Below are positions 1 through 11,916 of a stretch of DNA of 64,000 nucleotides, in pieces; within the stretch, counting starts at the first letter, position 1; every line of letters begins with the position of its first letter. The translations under genes were made by a program, and so were the position numbers. The stretch is from an uncultured Gemmatimonadales bacterium (GTDB taxonomy: Bacteria; Gemmatimonadota; Gemmatimonadetes; Gemmatimonadales; Gemmatimonadaceae), in contig CAWKNZ010000002.1 in assembly GCA_963851265.1 (NCBI GenBank), forward strand, positions 512,001 through 576,000, read 5' to 3'. The notes under the pieces are model-generated. The model was not told the origin of the DNA, searched no databases, and saw only the letters and a list, made by a program, of their open reading frames with translations.

Positions 1-157
1 GATACAGCGGGGTGGGGCAGAGAAGAATTCGTCAGCATCATCGCGGGGTCCGAAACCTCGGCGGCAAGACGCCGCCGACGCGTCCCGTACAATAAACGCG
101 ATCGGCGCGTGACTGTCCCGCGCACGGCGCGCGGCGGGGTCCGCCGCCGCGCCCGCA

Positions 158-2182
158 TCAGACCAGCGCGGCCGGCGCGCCGGAGGTGGCGATCACCCCG
201 TCGAGCACTTCGAGCGCGAGCTCCGCCCGGCCGAACGGGGCGCTTACCTGCACGCCCTGGACGGTGCCGCGTACCCGCTCCAGCATCTCGCGCGCGATCG
301 CGATCCCTTCTTGCACCGCGTGCTCCTTACTACGCGCATTCGCCCGTCGCATCCGCTCCAGCACCGCCTCGGGCACCGTCACGCCGGGGACCTCGTTGGC
401 GAGGAATTCCGCGTTGCGGGCCGATACGAGCGGCCAGATCCCGGCGATGATCGCCGGTCGGGCGGCGCCGAGCGCCGCGTCGACGTCCACGGTGAAGCGC
501 TCGAGTTGCTCCGCGTCGAACACCGGCTGCGTGATGGCGTACTCAGCTCCGGCTTCGATCTTGTAACGAAAGCGATCCAACTCGTGCGCCGGGTCGATGG
601 CCGCCGGGTTCACCCCGACGCCGACCGCGAACCGCGTCGGAGCCCCGATCGACCCACCGCTCGGGTCGAGCCCGCGGTTGAGCTGCGCGACGAGATTCGT
701 GAGCCCCACCGAATCGATGTCGAATACGGCCGTCGCGTCGGGGTACGGCCCCATCTTCGGCGGATCACCGGTGATCAGCAGCACGTTCCGCAGCCCGAGT
801 GCCGCCGCGCCTAACAGATCGCTCAACATCCCGAGCAGGTTGCGGTCGCGACACGCGTAATGCGTCACGGCCTCGATCCCACCGCCCTGCTGCTCGATGA
901 GCAAGGACGTCGCGATCGCCCCCATCCGACTCTGCGCGCGCGGCCCGTCGGGCACGTTGATCGCGTCGACCCCCGCCGCGCCGAGCTTTCGCGCGTCCGC
1001 GACGAGCTTCGCCGTATCGACGCCGCGCGGAGGCACGATCTCGACGGTCGTCACGAAGCGTCCGTCGGCCAGGGCCGCGGCGAATCGCGAGCGCTCGGCG
1101 AACGGGACCGGCTCGAAGCCCGCCCGGGCCTGCGGCGGGGCGGCCGGCGTGCCGCCGCGCGGTGCGGCACCTGGCGTGTCCGCCGCCTTCGACGCCGACG
1201 CGGCCATCGCGCGCTCCACCCGCAGCGACTGGCTCATGGCGCGCACGTGCTCGGGCGTCGTGCCGCAGCACCCGCCCACCACCTTCGCCCCCGCCTGCAC
1301 GAGGTGCCGCGCATACGTGGCCAGATATTCCGCGCTCGCCATGTACATGCGCCGCCCGCCCACGTCACGCGGCAGCCCCGCGTTGGGCATCGCGGACAGC
1401 TTGCGGCGTGTCACCGCGGCCATCTGCTCGATCGCCTCGAGGATAGTCTGCGGCCCCACCGAGCAGTTGAGCCCGATCACGTCCGCCCCCCAGCCGTCGA
1501 GTGCGCGCGCGACGTCGGCCGGCGTCGCGCCATACGGGGTGCGCAGGTCCGAGCCGACCGTCATCTGCGCCACGACCGGCATTGCCCCGTCCACGTCGCG
1601 CGCCGCACGAATCGCCTGCTCGATCTCGATCAGGTCGCCGAACGTCTCGAGGATCACGCAGTCCGCCCCGCCCGCGCGCAGCGCGGCGATCTGCTCGCCG
1701 AACACCGCGCGCGCCTCGTCGCGGCTCGTCGGCCCGTAGGGCTCGATGCGTACCCCCAACGGCCCCACGGCGCCCGCGACGAGCACCTCGCGCCCGCGCG
1801 CGGCGTCCGCGGCCGCGCGCGCCAGCTCCGCCCCACGCCGGTTGATGGCCTCGACCTGCGTCTCGAGGCCGTACTGCGCCAGCTTCAACCGGTTCGCGCC
1901 GAACGTGTTCGTCTCGATGACCTCGGCCCCGGCGGCGACGTACGCGTCGTGCACGCCGCGCACGAGGTCGGGCGCGCGGAGGCACAGCTCGTCGTAGCAC
2001 TGATTGATGAACACGCCGCGCGCGTACAGTTCGGTCCCGGTCGCGCCGTCGAACAGGACGACGGCAGCGGGGTCTACGAGGCGCGCGAGGGCGGCGGAGC
2101 GTGGGGAGGTCGTCGAGGACACGAGCGGGGGATGCGAGGGTCCTGCCGCGCGCCGAATCCGGTCGTGACGCGACCCGTTCAA
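158..2182 (-). CDS. yitJ: Bifunctional homocysteine S-methyltransferase / methylenetetrahydrofolate reductase (YitJ/SamT-like)
   Basis: N-terminal S-methyl_trans motifs (DGATGT, ETNTFGAN, GLNC, GGCCGT) and a C-terminal MTHFR domain (VEIVPP, HYACRDRN, TGDP, ITQPVF). The real start may be GTG at 2122. Confidence 0.9.
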   Translation of the reverse strand: MNGSRHDRIRRAAGPSHPPLVSSTTSPRSAALARLVDPAAVVLFDGATGTELYARGVFINQCYDELCLRAPDLVRGVHDAYVAAGAEVIETNTFGANRLKLAQYGLETQVEAINRRGAELARAAADAARGREVLVAGAVGPLGVRIEPYGPTSRDEARAVFGEQIAALRAGGADCVILETFGDLIEIEQAIRAARDVDGAMPVVAQMTVGSDLRTPYGATPADVARALDGWGADVIGLNCSVGPQTILEAIEQMAAVTRRKLSAMPNAGLPRDVGGRRMYMASAEYLATYARHLVQAGAKVVGGCCGTTPEHVRAMSQSLRVERAMAASASKAADTPGAAPRGGTPAAPPQARAGFEPVPFAERSRFAAALADGRFVTTVEIVPPRGVDTAKLVADARKLGAAGVDAINVPDGPRAQSRMGAIATSLLIEQQGGGIEAVTHYACRDRNLLGMLSDLLGAAALGLRNVLLITGDPPKMGPYPDATAVFDIDSVGLTNLVAQLNRGLDPSGGSIGAPTRFAVGVGVNPAAIDPAHELDRFRYKIEAGAEYAITQPVFDAEQLERFTVDVDAALGAARPAIIAGIWPLVSARNAEFLANEVPGVTVPEAVLERMRRANARSKEHAVQEGIAIAREMLERVRGTVQGVQVSAPFGRAELALEVLDGVIATSGAPAALV

Positions 2183-2185
2183 TAT

Positions 2186-2209
2186 ATCCGATAATCCGGA
2201 TGAACGGAT
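2186..2209. promoter_or_regulatory. Putative methionine-regulon operator (two overlapping ATCCG-N6-CGGAT palindromes, 8-bp period)
   Basis: Palindromes at 2186-2201 and 2194-2209. The reverse complement of 2186-2208 matches 13166-13188 upstream of metH at 20/23 positions. Confidence 0.7.
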
Positions 2210-2402
2210 AGCATACGGTGCCGGGACCGTCTAAACTGAACGCGGCTCAACGGCCCGCGCAGGCTTCGGTCCCGCGTCTCGTTACCCGATCCGCACCAAG
2301 CTGTCTTGACCGTGCAGTCTTGATCGACGTTCGTTTCGTTGCACCCCCGCGTCGGCGTTGAGCGTTTGACGCCGGCCGGTTCGCTTCCCGTCCGCGATTC
2401 CC

Positions 2403-3395
2403 TTGTCGACTTCACTCGATAGCTCGCTCGTCGCGCCCGGCGTCGGCGCGAACCCGGCGCGCGTCGCGCGCGCGCTCGATCAGCGCGCCGACGCGCCGCC
2501 GCCCATCACGCGCGATCCGAGTCACACGAACGTGCTCGGCGCCATGCACCGCGTCACCGTGCGCGAGAGCGTGCGCGAGATCCTCTCCCACCGCGACCTG
2601 CTGATCCAACTCGCGACGCGCGACGTGCGCATTCGGTACAAGCAGGCAGTGATGGGCTTCGCGTGGGCCCTGCTCATGCCGCTCCTGATCGTCGGCGCGG
2701 GCACGCTCATCCGCATCGCCATGGTCGCGATGACGGGCATGCACCTCGACAAGGCCGAACTCGGCGGCGTCGTCCTCAAGTCGTTCCCCTGGGCGTTCTT
2801 CTCCGGCGCGCTCGGGTTCGCGGTCAACAGCGTCACGAGCAACGTCTCGCTCGTCACCAAGATCTACTTCCCGCGCGCGATCCTCCCCATCGCCGCGGTC
2901 GGCGCCAACCTGCTCGACCTCGCCGTCGGGGCGGCCGTCATGCTCGTCGCGCTGCCGTTCCTCGGCGCGCAGCTGTCGTTCGCGCTGCTCTGGGTCCCGT
3001 TCCTCGTGCTGCTCCTCGTACTGGTGACCGCAGGGCTGGGCATCGTACTCTCGTGCGCCAACCTGTTCTACCGGGACGTCAAGTACATCGTCCAGGTCGT
3101 CCTGACGTTCGGCATCTTCCTCACGCCGGTGTTCTTCGAGGTCGCCGCGTTTGGACGGCGTGGGTCGAAGTTCCTGATCCTCAATCCGCTCAGCCCGATC
3201 TTCGAAGGGCTCACGCAGTCGGTGATCCACGGCCACAACCTGTTAGTCCCCGCCACGACGATGTTGCGTGGCGTGCCCGTGACGTCGTGGGAGCCGTGGT
3301 ACCTGCTGTACAGCATGGTATGGGCGTTCGGCAGCGTCGCCCTCGGACTCGTGCTCTTCCAGCGCACGCAGTTCCTGTTCGCCGAGTACGCCTGA
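2403..3395 (+). CDS. wzm: Polysaccharide ABC-2 transporter permease
   Basis: RDVRIRYKQAVMGFAWALL, KIYFPR, YRDVKY and LNPL motifs; multiple TM helices; followed by an ATPase gene. Confidence 0.9.
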   Translation: MSTSLDSSLVAPGVGANPARVARALDQRADAPPPITRDPSHTNVLGAMHRVTVRESVREILSHRDLLIQLATRDVRIRYKQAVMGFAWALLMPLLIVGAGTLIRIAMVAMTGMHLDKAELGGVVLKSFPWAFFSGALGFAVNSVTSNVSLVTKIYFPRAILPIAAVGANLLDLAVGAAVMLVALPFLGAQLSFALLWVPFLVLLLVLVTAGLGIVLSCANLFYRDVKYIVQVVLTFGIFLTPVFFEVAAFGRRGSKFLILNPLSPIFEGLTQSVIHGHNLLVPATTMLRGVPVTSWEPWYLLYSMVWAFGSVALGLVLFQRTQFLFAEYA

Positions 3396-3405
3396 GGCCA
3401 GACAC

Positions 3406-4665
<1,260 letters not shown>

Positions 4666-4689
4666 CCGATCCTGCGAGGCGGCGTAGAC

Positions 4690-6387
4690 TCAGCGAGCGT
4701 TCGGCGCTGACGCGTCGACGCCCGTCGCGCACGCGGCCGGCGTGCGGCCGGGCAGGCGCGTGACCAACACGACACCGTCGTCGCGGTCGACGCCCGCGAG
4801 CGCGACCCGCTCGAATGCCGAATCGCTCGCGATCCGCCGCTTGTACCACGCATCACCTGCGTGGCGGACCACCACGAACGGGTCATTCCCGCAGAGCACG
4901 GCGCGCGCCTCGACCGGCCCGGTCTGATCGTATCCGAGGCGCTGAAAGAGGCGCATCTCGTTGAACAGCGCCTCCGGTCCTACCATGTCGGCCGGCGTGC
5001 GCCGGTCGTACGCCACGGCCGAATCCAGCGGATAGCGCACTGGCGGGTTGCCGGCCGCCGCGCGTGCGGCCGAGCTGTCGAACGCGAGTTCCGCGTACTG
5101 TCGTGCGTCCTCGACGATGAGCGGCAATCCGTGCGCGCGCGGATCGCGTGCGACCATGCGTTCGATCGGCACCCAGGGCGACAACGTCGGTGTCCGTTGC
5201 CGCTCGGCGTCGATCGGGCTGACCACGAGGGCGGCGATCACGACCGCCCATCCCGCGGCTCCCACGCGTGCGCGCCACGCTCGACGCTCCGGGCCGTGCA
5301 CGCCGGCCTGCTGCTCGCCCATCGTCACGAGTTCGGCCAGGAAAACCGCCCAGGCGAACGACGTCGGCAGCAGGTACCGCGGCCAGAAAATCGACACCGA
5401 GACGCGCGAGATGACGAACGCGGCGATCGGCACACCTAGCAGACCCACGCCGAGCCACAAGAGTGCGTCGCGCCGCAGTGCGCGCCTCGCCTCGTCGTCG
5501 GCGCGTTCGAACGCTGCCGGCGTACGCCCGACCAGCCTCGGCAGGAGCACCGCGGCGATGACGACCACCGCGAGATGCCCGATGCCGAGCCCGAACGCGT
5601 CGATGAGGTCGTGCCCGATCGGCACCGGGATCCACGAGCGCTGTGCGGTATGGCGCTGGCGGACGAGCGCAGGGACGTACGTCAAGAACGCCAGCCAGCC
5701 CGCGACGAATGACGCATACCGTGCGGGGCGCCACTGCCCACGCGCCAGATCCCATACGACGAGCGTGAAGCACAGCGCTCCCCCATACAGCGATCCGTAG
5801 ATGTGGGTCAGTACGAGCGCCGCCTGCGAGATCACGTTGCCGACCCACAGACCGCGGCCGACGCGCTCGCGCGTCATCAGGGCGAAACAGAGCGAGACGG
5901 CGATCGCCGAGGTGCACGCGAACACACCGTAGAACCGCACTTCGGCATTCTGCGTCAGCACCAACGACCCGAGCCCGAATACCGTCAGCACGCCGAGCGC
6001 CGTCGCGAGTCGCGCGTACGCCTGCCGCAGCGTGAACCACAACACGACGAGCGCCGTGCTCAGCCCCACCGACGAGAAGAGCCGCAGCGCGATCGGTCGC
6101 GGTCCGGCCACGGCGACCCAGGCGCGCGCGAGCAGGTGATACAGGGGCGGTGCCGAGTCGGCCCCCGCCGTGATCGCGCCTAACATGTGGCGCAGCGACG
6201 GGTCCGTGACGAGCCGGAACGTCACGATCTCGTCGAACCACATCGCCTTCCGGTGCGACGTCCACACCGACGTCGCGAGGAGGACGGCGATCGCCGCACC
6301 GACTAGTACGACATCGGGCGCGGCGGTGCGCCAGTCACGCTCTTGGGTCCGATTATCAGTCACGCGCACGCGTGATCCTATTCCCAC
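4690..6387 (-). CDS. GT-C fold integral membrane glycosyltransferase (GT39/PMT-like)
   Basis: MWFDE, PPLY, LRLFS, EVRFYG, THIYG and RYLLP motifs; many TM segments. Start uncertain. Confidence 0.7.
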   Translation of the reverse strand: MGIGSRVRVTDNRTQERDWRTAAPDVVLVGAAIAVLLATSVWTSHRKAMWFDEIVTFRLVTDPSLRHMLGAITAGADSAPPLYHLLARAWVAVAGPRPIALRLFSSVGLSTALVVLWFTLRQAYARLATALGVLTVFGLGSLVLTQNAEVRFYGVFACTSAIAVSLCFALMTRERVGRGLWVGNVISQAALVLTHIYGSLYGGALCFTLVVWDLARGQWRPARYASFVAGWLAFLTYVPALVRQRHTAQRSWIPVPIGHDLIDAFGLGIGHLAVVVIAAVLLPRLVGRTPAAFERADDEARRALRRDALLWLGVGLLGVPIAAFVISRVSVSIFWPRYLLPTSFAWAVFLAELVTMGEQQAGVHGPERRAWRARVGAAGWAVVIAALVVSPIDAERQRTPTLSPWVPIERMVARDPRAHGLPLIVEDARQYAELAFDSSAARAAAGNPPVRYPLDSAVAYDRRTPADMVGPEALFNEMRLFQRLGYDQTGPVEARAVLCGNDPFVVVRHAGDAWYKRRIASDSAFERVALAGVDRDDGVVLVTRLPGRTPAACATGVDASAPNAR

Positions 6388-6453
6388 CTGGCGCGATTTG
6401 CCAGACGTGGGCCTCCGGCGGAACGCGGAGGTGCCGTCGCGCGACGGCTCGCG

Positions 6454-7446
6454 CTACGCCGGTTCCTGTGCGGCGCCGAGCGACGCACCGTGGCTGGTGC
6501 GCGGCGCCTCGCGGAAGCGGAATTTCCCATACCAGAATCCCGCGAGGTCGACCGCGTCCATCCGTGCGTCGAACCGTGCGGCCGGTGTTCGCAGCGGGCC
6601 CACGCCGAGCATGCCGGGCAGCGCCCGCAACGCGGCACGCGCGACGCGACCGATCCGGTAACGCGGCACGCCAAAGAGATGCGGCACCCCGGTCGGTGAG
6701 GCGCGCGCGAGCAGCCCCTGCGAGATGCCGTGCTCGAAGTACCAGCGGCGGTGGTAGTCGCGGGTCAGGCGCGCGGCGGGGATGAAATGGTGGATGATCA
6801 GTCCCGGGCGGTACTCGCCGCGCGCGCCCGCGGCGGTGAGACGGCGTTGCACGTCTTCGTCCTCACACGATCCCAAGCGCCGCGATGCGGTCGGCCCGAG
6901 TTCGGGGTCGTAGCCGCCGATCGCGCGGAGCAAGGCGAGCCGAATGACCGCGTTCCCGCCCATCAGCACGCCCGTATAATCGTGCCCGAACGTTCGCACG
7001 TCGGGGCCGCCATCCACCCACCCGACCACGCTGCTCGGACGGTACGGCATCCAGGCTGGCGGTGGCGCTTCCCAGCGCGGCACGTACGGACCCGTGATGA
7101 AGTCGAGGGCCGGATCCGCGAACGCGCGCTCGACCTCTTCGAACCAGCCGGCGTCGACTTCCTCATCGTCGTCGATCATGCCGACGAGTTCACTCGTGGC
7201 GACGGCCAGCCCCGCGTTCAGCGCGTGCGATTTCCCAGTCCGCCCCTCGAACACATACTGTAGGCGTTGGTCGAACTCCGGCGTGAGCGACGCGATCAGC
7301 TCGCGCGTGCCGTCGGTGGAGTTGTTGTCCACCACGATGATCGTGACGCGCATCCCGTCCGGGATGCGGGCGCGCGCGAAGCTCGCGATCGTGCGGCGGA
7401 GCAGTGGCGCCCGGTTGTGCGTTGCAACGAGGACGTCGAGGTGCAT
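6454..7446 (-). CDS. Glycosyltransferase family 2
   Basis: ATHNR, VDNNSTDGT, MIDDD, CEDED; start chosen at MHLDVLV. Confidence 0.88.
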   Translation of the reverse strand: MHLDVLVATHNRAPLLRRTIASFARARIPDGMRVTIIVVDNNSTDGTRELIASLTPEFDQRLQYVFEGRTGKSHALNAGLAVATSELVGMIDDDEEVDAGWFEEVERAFADPALDFITGPYVPRWEAPPPAWMPYRPSSVVGWVDGGPDVRTFGHDYTGVLMGGNAVIRLALLRAIGGYDPELGPTASRRLGSCEDEDVQRRLTAAGARGEYRPGLIIHHFIPAARLTRDYHRRWYFEHGISQGLLARASPTGVPHLFGVPRYRIGRVARAALRALPGMLGVGPLRTPAARFDARMDAVDLAGFWYGKFRFREAPRTSHGASLGAAQEPA

Positions 7447-7466
7447 GCCGGACAGCGACGCTCGCG

Positions 7467-8501
7467 CTACCGCACGCTCCCGCGGGCGGCGGGAGCGAGC
7501 GGGCGCGGCGGGTATGAACCGTTCACGCGTTCGTGGCGAGTTGCGATGTACTCGCGGATCATGCCGAGATACTCGAGCGTTTTGAACTGCAGCCACAGGC
7601 GATCCTGCCGCCGCCCGGGGCCGAGGCGACGGGGGTAGATCGAGCTGAGCTCCAACACCTGCTTGAACAGTCGGGCCGGTGCACCGAACACGTATGGCAT
7701 GCTCGGTGATTCTGGCACGTAGCTCGAATGGCCGTCGAACACCATACCGGGCGGTGTCATGCGCACGATCGCTCGGCCGTGGTCGAATGCCCACCTGCGA
7801 TGGTACGCGAGCGTGAGCCGATTCGGCTGCACCTCCGCGTGCATCTCGATCGCGGGGTCGTACCATCCTCGGTAGCCCGCGTCGAGTAGGCGGATCTGGA
7901 CTTCGTGGTCCTCCGTCGACGTGACCGCGCCCGGCGCATGCTGGTAGCGCGGGTCGAGACGCCCCACCGCATCGAATACGCTACGCCGGATGGCCATGTT
8001 CGCGGTGACGAAGCAGCGGAACGGCTCCCGCTGGGCTTCGGCGGCCTCTCCGTAATCGATGAGCGCGAGGGGCGACCAGAACCAGTCCGTCAGCCAAGCC
8101 GGCGGTTCGGATGGCCAGATCGGACGCACTGGGCCGCCCGCATACGCGATCTCGGGGTGCGCCGCGAACACATCGCGGATCGCGATCAACCACGTCGGTG
8201 CCGGCCGTACGTCGTCGTCGGTGAATGCGAGGAACTCGCCGCGCGCGACGGCCGCACCGGCGTTCCGACCGTGGCTCGCGCCCTGCCGCGGTTCGAAGAT
8301 GTAGCGCAGCCGCCCGCCACTCGCCGGGATCATCGCCTCGACGACCTCGCGCGTGTGGTCCTTGGAGTTGTTATCGACGATGATGATCTCGTGCGGCGGC
8401 GACTCTGGGCTGAGCGCGAGCAGGCTCGAGATGGCGCCGCGAAGCGTCTCCGCACGATTGTAGGTGCTGACGACGACGGAAATGACGGGCTCGACCGACA
8501 T
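7467..8501 (-). CDS. Glycosyltransferase family 2 (paralog array member)
   Basis: TYNR, VDNNSKD, FTDDD, EDHE; start at MSVEPV. Confidence 0.88.
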   Translation of the reverse strand: MSVEPVISVVVSTYNRAETLRGAISSLLALSPESPPHEIIIVDNNSKDHTREVVEAMIPASGGRLRYIFEPRQGASHGRNAGAAVARGEFLAFTDDDVRPAPTWLIAIRDVFAAHPEIAYAGGPVRPIWPSEPPAWLTDWFWSPLALIDYGEAAEAQREPFRCFVTANMAIRRSVFDAVGRLDPRYQHAPGAVTSTEDHEVQIRLLDAGYRGWYDPAIEMHAEVQPNRLTLAYHRRWAFDHGRAIVRMTPPGMVFDGHSSYVPESPSMPYVFGAPARLFKQVLELSSIYPRRLGPGRRQDRLWLQFKTLEYLGMIREYIATRHERVNGSYPPRPLAPAARGSVR

Positions 8502-8600
8502 GGGCCTACGATGATTTGGAAGAGCGTGAGACCCCCGGAATCCCGGGATGTGCAAACATACCGGCCGGGACAGTCACGCGACGCCGCAACGCGCAAACCG

Positions 8601-9641
8601 TCACGACGGACGGGCGCGCAACTGCCCCGCCGGTCCTCGCCGTCGTTCGGCCACTCCAACGATGTGGCCGACGAGTTCCCGCGCCTGGCATTCCTGCAGA
8701 AACGCGTCGGCTTCGCGTCGTCGTAGCCACGCCGCCGCGGAGCGCGCGACGCTCTCCGCGAGTTGGCGGTACGCCCAGGGTGCTACCCCGAGCGGCATCG
8801 GACGGTTGGACGCGTGCGATACCGGCAACATGCGCGCGTCGAACGTCTCGCCCGGCGCGAGCAGTCCGGCGAGCGATCGCCCGTGGTCGAAATGCCACTT
8901 GCGATGGTAGGCCTTCCCGAGGCGGTTCGGCTGCACCTCGGCGTCGAGCACGATATCCGGCGAATACAGACCCGCGCCTCCGGAACGCAACACGCGGAGC
9001 TCCCATTCGTGGTCCTCGCTCGCCGCCACCGCGCCGCGCACATGCTGCCGCTCGGGGTCGAACAGGCCGACCCGGTCGAACGTCGTCCGTCGCGCGGCGA
9101 CGTTCGCCGTCACGAGACACACGGGGCGGTCGAGGTCCACGCGAAATGGCTCGTCGCCGTAGTCGATCAGGGCGAGCGGACTCCAGTGGTCGCGCGTGAG
9201 CCACCTCGGCACCGGGCCCGGCCACCGTGGGTAGACGCGGCCGCCGACGAACTCCGCCCACGGATGCTCGACGAAGGCGCGGTGGATGGACACGACCCAG
9301 TTGCGGCTGGTGCGCACGTCGTCATCGGTGAACGCGACGAACTCTCCACGCGCCGCAGCGACCCCGGTGTTTCGCGCGTGACTCGCACCCTGCTTTCCTT
9401 CGAACACGTAGCGTAACCGCCCGCCGCTCTCCGGGATCAAGGCCTCGACGACCGCGCGCGTGTCGTCTTTCGAGTTGTTGTCGACGACGACGAACTCGTA
9501 CGGTGGCGCGCCGTCCTGCGCGAGCACGCTACGCACGGCGTCGCCCAGCAGGTGCGAGCGATTGTACGTCGGCATGACGACGGTGATCACGGGCGCCGGC
9601 GCGTCCGCGCGCGTCGTCCGGCTAACGTTTGCCGTACTCAC
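8601..9641 (-). CDS. Glycosyltransferase family 2 (paralog array member)
   Basis: PTYNR, VDNNSKD, FTDDD, EDHE. Confidence 0.88.
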   Translation of the reverse strand: MSTANVSRTTRADAPAPVITVVMPTYNRSHLLGDAVRSVLAQDGAPPYEFVVVDNNSKDDTRAVVEALIPESGGRLRYVFEGKQGASHARNTGVAAARGEFVAFTDDDVRTSRNWVVSIHRAFVEHPWAEFVGGRVYPRWPGPVPRWLTRDHWSPLALIDYGDEPFRVDLDRPVCLVTANVAARRTTFDRVGLFDPERQHVRGAVAASEDHEWELRVLRSGGAGLYSPDIVLDAEVQPNRLGKAYHRKWHFDHGRSLAGLLAPGETFDARMLPVSHASNRPMPLGVAPWAYRQLAESVARSAAAWLRRREADAFLQECQARELVGHIVGVAERRRGPAGQLRARPS

Positions 9642-9650
9642 CTCGCGACC

Positions 9651-10625
9651 TTACCGGCGCGACGTCGCGTAATAGTGAATCGACCCGGCAAGCCGCCGAG
9701 CTTCGCACTCCCACCACAGCGCGTCCTCTTCGTTGCCGCGCAGACGTGCCCGCAGCGCCCGCGCTCCATGCTCGGCCGTCTGGCGGTACATCCAGAGTGG
9801 CGCACCAAGCAGCTTCCGCGCGTCTGGCGGCTCGGGGGTGTACGTGCAGCCCCCGTCGAATTGATATCCCGGCGGCGTGGCGCGCGCCCGCACGCGTCCG
9901 TTGTCGAACGCCCAACGCCGGTGGTACGCCTTCGTGAGGCGCTCCGGCTGCACTTCCGCACGAATGATGGCGTCCGGTTCGTACCAACCGCGGCGGCCGG
10001 CGGCCTGCATCCGAATCTGGAACTCATGATCCTCCATCGCCGTGATCGCGCCAGGCTCGTGCTGGAAGTACGGATCGAGCCGGCCGACCGCGTCGAACGC
10101 GGTACGCCGCACGGCCAGGTTCGCCGTCACGAACACGCGAAAATTTTCAGGCGTCACCACGAATCCGGTCGGCCCATGCTCGATGAGCGCGAGTGGCGAG
10201 CTGTGCGCGTGCGTCAACCACGCCGGTGCCGGTGCGGGCCAGATCGGTTCGATCGGTCCGCCGGCGTAGTCCACGTCGGGATGCTCCGCGAACGCGCGTG
10301 CATACGCCATCAACCAGCCCCGCGATGCCCGCACGTCGTCATCCGTGAACACGATGACAGGCGCGCTTGCCGCGGCGGCTCCCGCATTTCGTCCGTACGC
10401 GACCCCCTGCGTACCCTCGAACAGATATCGAAGGCGGCCGGCGCTCTCGGGAATGAGGGCCTCGACGACCTCGCGCGTATTGTCCTTCGAATTGTTGTCG
10501 ACGATGATCACCTCGTACGGCGGCGTCGCCGGGTCGAGAGTGAGCAGGCTCCGCACCGCGTCCCGGAGGAGCGCGGCGCGGTTGTACGTCGACATCACGA
10601 CCGAGAGCGATGGTCCGTTCGGCAT
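9651..10625 (-). CDS. Glycosyltransferase family 2 (paralog array member)
   Basis: STYNR, VDNNSKD, FTDDD, EDHE; start at MPNGPSL. Confidence 0.88.
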   Translation of the reverse strand: MPNGPSLSVVMSTYNRAALLRDAVRSLLTLDPATPPYEVIIVDNNSKDNTREVVEALIPESAGRLRYLFEGTQGVAYGRNAGAAAASAPVIVFTDDDVRASRGWLMAYARAFAEHPDVDYAGGPIEPIWPAPAPAWLTHAHSSPLALIEHGPTGFVVTPENFRVFVTANLAVRRTAFDAVGRLDPYFQHEPGAITAMEDHEFQIRMQAAGRRGWYEPDAIIRAEVQPERLTKAYHRRWAFDNGRVRARATPPGYQFDGGCTYTPEPPDARKLLGAPLWMYRQTAEHGARALRARLRGNEEDALWWECEARRLAGSIHYYATSRR

Positions 10626-10665
10626 TGAGTGCGATTTCGTCAGCAACGGGCGTGTCGCGTTCCGG

Positions 10666-11916
10666 TCAGGCCGCGAATCCGGGCTGCGCGGCAGCCGTCC
10701 CCGAGCCGAGCCGCAGCCGTCGCCGAACGTTCCGCTTGAGCCACCGGGTGTACAACGGCGGCCACGACGTGTCTCGCAGCCAGCCGTAGCTCGACCGTGG
10801 GCGGGCGAGCAGTTCGGCATACAGCCGTTCGAATCCGCTCACGTAGCCGCTCATCGCGAAACGTTCGGATACGAGTGCCGGCCCCGCTGCCCCGAGCGCC
10901 GCTCGCTTCGCTGGCGACGCCGCAAACTCGGCGAGCGCGTCCGCCAGTGCGTCCGGATTCTCGACCGGGACGACCACGCCCGACACACCGACGGCCAGCG
11001 CCTCGCGGTGGGCGGGGATGTCGGAGGCAATGACGGGCACCCCGAGCCACTGCGCCTCGAGCACGTTTAGACCGAGCGTCTCCTCTCTCGCACTCGTCAC
11101 GCACACGTCGCCCGCGTCGCGCACGACGGCACCCACGTCTGGGCGGTAGCCGAGGATGTGGACCACGCTACCCACGTCGAGGTCGGCGATCAGCCGGCGT
11201 ACCGATTCGGCGTCCTCGCCATCGCCGCAGATCAGGAGGCGGACGTCGATCCCGCGCGCCCGCGCCGCCGCAACGCCGCGTACCGTGACGTCGTGCGCCT
11301 TGCGGTGGATGAGCGAACCCACAGAGACGGCCACGAGCGCGCCGTCCGGGATGCCGAGTTCGCGCCGAAGGCCGCGCGCGTCGCCCTGCCCGAGGCGCTC
11401 GGTGTCGATCCCGTTGTAGATCACCCGCAGCCGGCTCTCGGGCACTCCGTCTCGCTCGAGGGGCTCGATCACGTGCTGCGCGACGCCGACATTCACGTCG
11501 ACTTGATGCACCAGCTCGCGCATCCGGATGTACTCGTCGTTCACCGGCAGGTGCAGGTGGCACACGACGGGCAGGCGCCCACCGCGGGCAACCGGAAGCA
11601 CCACGGGCAGCACGGCCGTCACGTTCGAGTGCACGAGGCGCACGTCTTGTGCGCGAAACACGTCGCGCAGCTTCGCGCGAAGCGCCGGCCGCCCCGCGCG
11701 GTTGCGCAGCACGGTCCAGTCGTCCGCCGGGTCGAGTTGCACGACACGCATGTCGAGCGCGGCCGCCGCTGCCGCGAGCGTCGGCTGCTCGCAGACGAGG
11801 AACGGGCGAAAGCGGGTACGGTCGACGCGGGCCATGAGGTCGAGCAGGCACTGCTCGCTGCCCCGGATCCAGTCGTGCCCGCGGTGCACGAATGCGATCG
11901 TCGCGGGGGTGCTCAT
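10666..11916 (-). CDS. Glycosyltransferase family 4
   Basis: RGSEQ, IYNGID, RKAH, ETLGLNVLEA (EX7E). Confidence 0.88.
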   Translation of the reverse strand: MSTPATIAFVHRGHDWIRGSEQCLLDLMARVDRTRFRPFLVCEQPTLAAAAAALDMRVVQLDPADDWTVLRNRAGRPALRAKLRDVFRAQDVRLVHSNVTAVLPVVLPVARGGRLPVVCHLHLPVNDEYIRMRELVHQVDVNVGVAQHVIEPLERDGVPESRLRVIYNGIDTERLGQGDARGLRRELGIPDGALVAVSVGSLIHRKAHDVTVRGVAAARARGIDVRLLICGDGEDAESVRRLIADLDVGSVVHILGYRPDVGAVVRDAGDVCVTSAREETLGLNVLEAQWLGVPVIASDIPAHREALAVGVSGVVVPVENPDALADALAEFAASPAKRAALGAAGPALVSERFAMSGYVSGFERLYAELLARPRSSYGWLRDTSWPPLYTRWLKRNVRRRLRLGSGTAAAQPGFAA